A stretch of 62,910 nucleotides of DNA, filler included. It is 5 parts of 5 records of this genome, joined end to end, with 100 filler letters (N's around TTAATTAATTAA, not from the genome) between each part and the next. Parts side by side here need not be neighbours in the genome. Positions count along the whole stretch, not along the records: positions 55,763 to 62,910 come from DRR723986_22375; 4 more parts are not named here. The stretch is one strand, 5' to 3'. Position numbers and translations under genes: made by a program. Positions 59,097 to 62,910 of the stretch are shown here, piece after piece. The notes under the pieces were generated by a model, which saw only the letters and a program-made list of their open reading frames with translations, ran no database searches and had not been told where the DNA came from. Every line of letters begins with the position of its first letter. Position 1 is the stretch's first letter.

Positions 59097-60506
59097 ATGA
59101 AGGTCCAGAATGCGTATTGGGAGGCGCGGGGCGACTGGTTGAACTCCGTCGGTCGCGAACAGCGCATCAAGGATTACATCACTCTGGCCAACCAGTTGAT
59201 CTGGCAGCGGCAGGGGAGTTTTCTCGCCGCGGCCATGCTCGCGGCCTTCTACTTCAATCCGATCACGACCTTCGCATGCTACATTTGCGTCGCGCTGACA
59301 GAGTTGCTCGACCAGAACCTTGGGCGACATTCCAGGGCTTGGGATGGCAAGGACCCGGTGGTCGGTCGGCAGATCCTCAAGCGCATTGCCCTGAATACGG
59401 TCGTCAGTGCGCTGGCGATCAGCGTCTTTATCACCAACATTGCAATTCAGCAGACATCAGGCGGGCATTTCACGCCGCTTTTCTTCCTGTTCTCGGCATC
59501 GCTTTTCGCAGTGATGTACAACAGTCAAATGGCCGGCATCCTTCTTTTGCGCCTGTCGATCTATGCATTGGCGTTTCTCAGCATCGCTTTGCTGGACGTG
59601 CTGAGGTATTCACCGCCGCTCAGCTCCAATATCTGGCTGGAGTTCTTCACGATCATCTTCGTGCTCTATTTCATCATCGATATTTCGGCAAAATTCTACG
59701 TCCGCTATCAGGAGCGACTCGATCAGATGAAACTGATCAAAGAAGAAAACGAACGCACCAAGGCCGCCTTGGAAGTAAAGCGCCAATTCCTGGCCACGGT
59801 CAGCCACGAACTGCGCACACCTCTGACGTCGATCATGGGCTCGCTCGATCTCGTGAACTACGGTGCGCTCGGCGAGGTGCCCGAGAAACTGAAACCAGCT
59901 ATCCGCATCGCCGCCAAGAACGGGAAGCGACTTGCCAATCTGATCGATGACCTGCTCGATCTGCAAAAAATCGAAGCCGGCGAGATGGAGTTCCACTTCA
60001 AGCCGATCAGCGTGAATGACCTTATGCACGAGGCTGTAGAATCGACGGCTGGATATGCGGACAAGCTCGGTATTCACGTGACGACCGTCCCTTGCCTGCA
60101 TGACTGCCAGATCATGGGGGATCGCAGCCGCCTTATGCAGGTAATGAATAACCTTCTGTCGAACGCTTTGAAGTTCTCCGACGAGGGGGGAACGGTGGAG
60201 GTCTGCGTGCAGATCGTTGGCGCGCGAGTCCGTATCTCGGTCCATGACGAAGGAGTAGGTATTCCGAAAGACGCCAAGGATCGCGTGTTCGGCAAGTTCA
60301 CCCAGGTAGACTCCTCTGATGTGCGCAAGGTTGGTGGCACCGGGCTTGGTCTCAACATCACAAAGCAGATTGTTCAACGCCACAACGCCACAATTGACTA
60401 CGTCAGCGAGCTGGGTGTTGGCTCGACCTTTTTTGTCGAGTTCGATTGCCTGAAAGACGAAAGCGGAGAGAGCGCTGACATTGAGCCTGTGGCAGAAGTG
60501 GCCTGA
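59097..60506 (+). CDS. Membrane sensor histidine kinase (~6 TM, HisKA + HATPase)
   Basis: Hydrophobic N-terminal ~200 aa; SHELRTPLTSI H-box; NLLSNALKF; DEGVGI; GGTGLGL. Confidence 0.95.
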   Translation: MKVQNAYWEARGDWLNSVGREQRIKDYITLANQLIWQRQGSFLAAAMLAAFYFNPITTFACYICVALTELLDQNLGRHSRAWDGKDPVVGRQILKRIALNTVVSALAISVFITNIAIQQTSGGHFTPLFFLFSASLFAVMYNSQMAGILLLRLSIYALAFLSIALLDVLRYSPPLSSNIWLEFFTIIFVLYFIIDISAKFYVRYQERLDQMKLIKEENERTKAALEVKRQFLATVSHELRTPLTSIMGSLDLVNYGALGEVPEKLKPAIRIAAKNGKRLANLIDDLLDLQKIEAGEMEFHFKPISVNDLMHEAVESTAGYADKLGIHVTTVPCLHDCQIMGDRSRLMQVMNNLLSNALKFSDEGGTVEVCVQIVGARVRISVHDEGVGIPKDAKDRVFGKFTQVDSSDVRKVGGTGLGLNITKQIVQRHNATIDYVSELGVGSTFFVEFDCLKDESGESADIEPVAEVA

Positions 60507-61135
60507 GACACGATAGTCGACTGGGTTTGGCGTGCTATGTTTTTAGGTGTGGCTGGATGAAATGGGCGAGCAGGAGATTTATTAGAATAACTACATGGGT
60601 TTCAAAGATCGGCTTATCCCTGTTGGAATTTGCGCTGCCATTATTAATTGAATTTTCTTAATGACATTATCAGGGATTCAAGCAAGGCGACGGTCGATCT
60701 GAAGCCGCGCCAAGGGGTGAGCGATGTGCCAAAATATGGGTTATCGGTTGCATCAAGGGCGTTCATCCATGCGACCGCCTGATCGTACCTGCAATGAATC
60801 CCTTGAGATGCAAGCGACATCGGCAGGTGTTCGACGGGGGCACCCTCCCCTGCATGGGCGCTCTTCTTTTTTCGTTCTGTGAAATAATTCCCGAATATGG
60901 ACTCTTTCGAATCAAGAATTGAGTGATGTAAGAGTGCCAAAATTTTAAGTGAAACAATAACGATATCTGTAGTCATTAGTTACGGATCGCGGTTCGTGGG
61001 GCGGAACCGTGTTTCAATCGTGTCAATTTATTGATTTGTTGTGACATTTGTGCGAATCCAATGAATTGATCTTGATTTTATAATTATCTGCGTTAACCTT
61101 TTGGAAAGTCTCGGGGGAGAAAGTTGAGGAAACCA

Positions 61136-62104
61136 ATGTCGAGCGATATGAGAATACTTGTTGCTGATGACGATAGTGCAATTCTTGAACTTTTGAGCAT
61201 TGCCCTTGAAGTCCTGGGCTTCGACTCGGTCACTCTGGCCCGCAATGGCGCAGAGGCGCTGGACATCGTTCGGTCGTCCAAGACCGAGTTCGATTGCTTC
61301 CTCATTGACATCCAGATGCCCAAGTTGGACGGGATTGAGTTTTGCGCCTCTGTCCGAGCCCTTCCCGAGTACAGATCCACCCCCGTTGTCATGCTGACAG
61401 CGATGTCCGACCGAAAGTACATCGAACGCTCGCTCGCTGCCGGGGCCACCGACTATGTGACGAAGCCGTTCGAAATCATGGATCTCAAGGCCCGCCTCAA
61501 TTCTGCGACCCAGGCCTACAAGCTTGCGCAGGAAGGGCGCGCGATGACCGAGCGGCTTCATGCGTTGGCTGACGATCTGGTTCATCGCAACGGGGTCGAG
61601 CTTGGGGACACGTTCGACATCGAGGACGTACCCGGCTACTTGAACTTCGGGAAGTTCAAGGGATTGGTGAAGGACTTTGGCGAGTGCGGAATGCAACATG
61701 CCGAATTCGTCGTTTTGCAGATCGACGATGTTGCGTCGATCTACAACGCCTGTGGACCCTCCGGATATTTCAATTTCATTTGCGATGTGTCCGACGCCAT
61801 TTCTGAGGTGGTCACGCAAGACGGTTATCTCTTCTCCTATGTCGGGAACGGTGCCTTCGTTGTCTTCGACCCGCGCTCTCGTCAAAGCATCGACAAGTCG
61901 GATATCGGAGCGGACGTCGAAGAATCCGCGGCCGCTCTTGGACTTGTGTTCTCTGACGGGACGCCCATCCCGATCAGGCTCCAGCAAAGTGAGGCCTTTG
62001 GCTTCAAGGATATGTCATTGCACAGCCGAGAGGACCTGACCCGGCTTTCGACGGTCCAATCCGCCAGATCTTTTGGAGATCCGCTTGTTGGGCAGGTGGT
62101 ATAG
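61136..62104 (+). CDS. Response regulator: REC plus degenerate GGDEF-like domain (start re-called at 61136)
   Basis: GAGG SD; LVADDD, DIQMP, MLTA, YVTKPF; LQIDD...IYNACG and SYVGNGAF in place of the GGDEF motifs. Confidence 0.88.
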   Translation: MSSDMRILVADDDSAILELLSIALEVLGFDSVTLARNGAEALDIVRSSKTEFDCFLIDIQMPKLDGIEFCASVRALPEYRSTPVVMLTAMSDRKYIERSLAAGATDYVTKPFEIMDLKARLNSATQAYKLAQEGRAMTERLHALADDLVHRNGVELGDTFDIEDVPGYLNFGKFKGLVKDFGECGMQHAEFVVLQIDDVASIYNACGPSGYFNFICDVSDAISEVVTQDGYLFSYVGNGAFVVFDPRSRQSIDKSDIGADVEESAAALGLVFSDGTPIPIRLQQSEAFGFKDMSLHSREDLTRLSTVQSARSFGDPLVGQVV

Positions 62105-62380
62105 CGGAGAGTGCTACGCACTCCAGGCGTCGTCGAGATATTCTGAACGGGCGTTTTGACTAATCCTTAGCTGCTAGAAGAGCCGAGGGTCGAGCGGCCG
62201 GGCCAGATCTGATGCTTGATCATCACCAACCCACCTGCGCGGCGCGAGATGGGCCCATTTGTCTTGTCGCCGCAGTCAACGGGCACGCCCGTAAAGCTGA
62301 CCTCGCCACGACCGCACCGAAGGTCTGCTACTCGCCCTAACTGCCATGACAATCAATATCGAGGCCTCCACCTCTCCTCC

Positions 62381-62410
62381 TTGCACCTTCCCCCGCCAAT
62401 GCCCTACTAA
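62381..62410 (+). promoter_or_regulatory. Sigma70-type promoter for fabB
   Basis: TTGCAC (62381-62386), 18 nt, TACTAA (62405-62410); SD gggagg follows. Confidence 0.5.
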
Positions 62411-62436
62411 GATGAGAGCAAAACAAGGGAGGCCAC

Positions 62437-62910
62437 ATGCGCCGAGTAGTTGTTACGGGCCTTGGGATCGTCTCGTCGATCGGGAACAATGCCGAAGAGG
62501 TCACGGCCAGCCTGAAAGCGGGCAAATCCGGTATCGAAGCCAGCCCCGAAATGGTCGAGCACGGGTTCCGCAGCCAGATTGCGGGCACGCTGAAGATCGA
62601 CCCGAAAGACCATGTCGACAAGCGCGCCCTGCGCTTCATGGGACCGGGTGCGGCCTATGCCCATATTGCGATGACGCAAGCCATTGCTGATGCCGGGTTG
62701 TCCGACGACCATGTCAGCAACGTGCGCACCGGTCTGGTGGCGGGGTCTGGCGGGCCGTCGACAAGCGCGATGTTGGTGGCCCATCAGACGGTTCTGTCCA
62801 CCGGCGCGACCAAGCGGATCGGGCCTTTCGCAGTGCCCAAATGCATGTCCTCTACGATTTCGGCCAACCTTGCCACGGCCTTCAAGATCAAGGGCATCAA
62901 CTATTCCATC
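62437..62910 (+). CDS. fabB: Beta-ketoacyl-ACP synthase I (3'-truncated; absent from ORF track)
   Basis: MRRVVVTGLGIVSSIGNN...GFRSQIAG...RFMG...GSGGPST...VPKCMSSTISANLATAFKIKGINYSI. Confidence 0.93.
   Translation, partial: MRRVVVTGLGIVSSIGNNAEEVTASLKAGKSGIEASPEMVEHGFRSQIAGTLKIDPKDHVDKRALRFMGPGAAYAHIAMTQAIADAGLSDDHVSNVRTGLVAGSGGPSTSAMLVAHQTVLSTGATKRIGPFAVPKCMSSTISANLATAFKIKGINYSI

Overview
This window is not one locus. It is five unrelated contigs joined by artificial 100-nt linkers (N44-TTAATTAATTAA-N44) at 25622-25721, 32707-32806, 43687-43786 and 55663-55762. (1) 1-25621 is Bacteroidota, Cyclobacteriaceae/Algoriphagus-like: housekeeping genes (rpsT, radC, pheT, zapA, rny), a repeat-flanked four-helix-bundle gene, and a LacI-controlled pectin/hexuronate locus (uxaB, kduD-like, kduI, DUF4861, GH105, CE8, GH28, CE12, VOC, yiaK, Gfo/Idh/MocA, uxaA). 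(2) 25722-32706 is gammaproteobacterial: rhlE, a TonB receptor divergent from DUF3649-PepSY-DUF3325, and prfC. (3) 32807-43686 is very GC-rich and Rhodobacteraceae-like: a decayed MOB_V (Pre/Mob) element, AEC, NreB-like MFS, sorbosone dehydrogenase-like, an RND pair and a tRNA-Val 3' end. (4) 43787-55662 is an FCB-group organism with four co-oriented type IX secretion (T9SS) cargo genes: two paralogs with a conserved 16-Cys domain, a beta-propeller, and a ~2030-aa reprolysin/Ig/FN3/RCC1 protease. A dispersed repeat punctuates this array. (5) 55763-62910 is Rhodobacteraceae-like: the fabA 3' end and fabB 5' part are separated by rpiB and an accessory block of SAM methyltransferase, FeeM-like N-acyl amino acid synthase, ~6-TM histidine kinase and REC/degenerate-GGDEF regulator. 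That block is the best candidate for an undescribed system: a synthase-plus-receptor module for a methylated N-acyl amino acid signal. Taxonomy and family calls come from motif recognition only; no searches were run.
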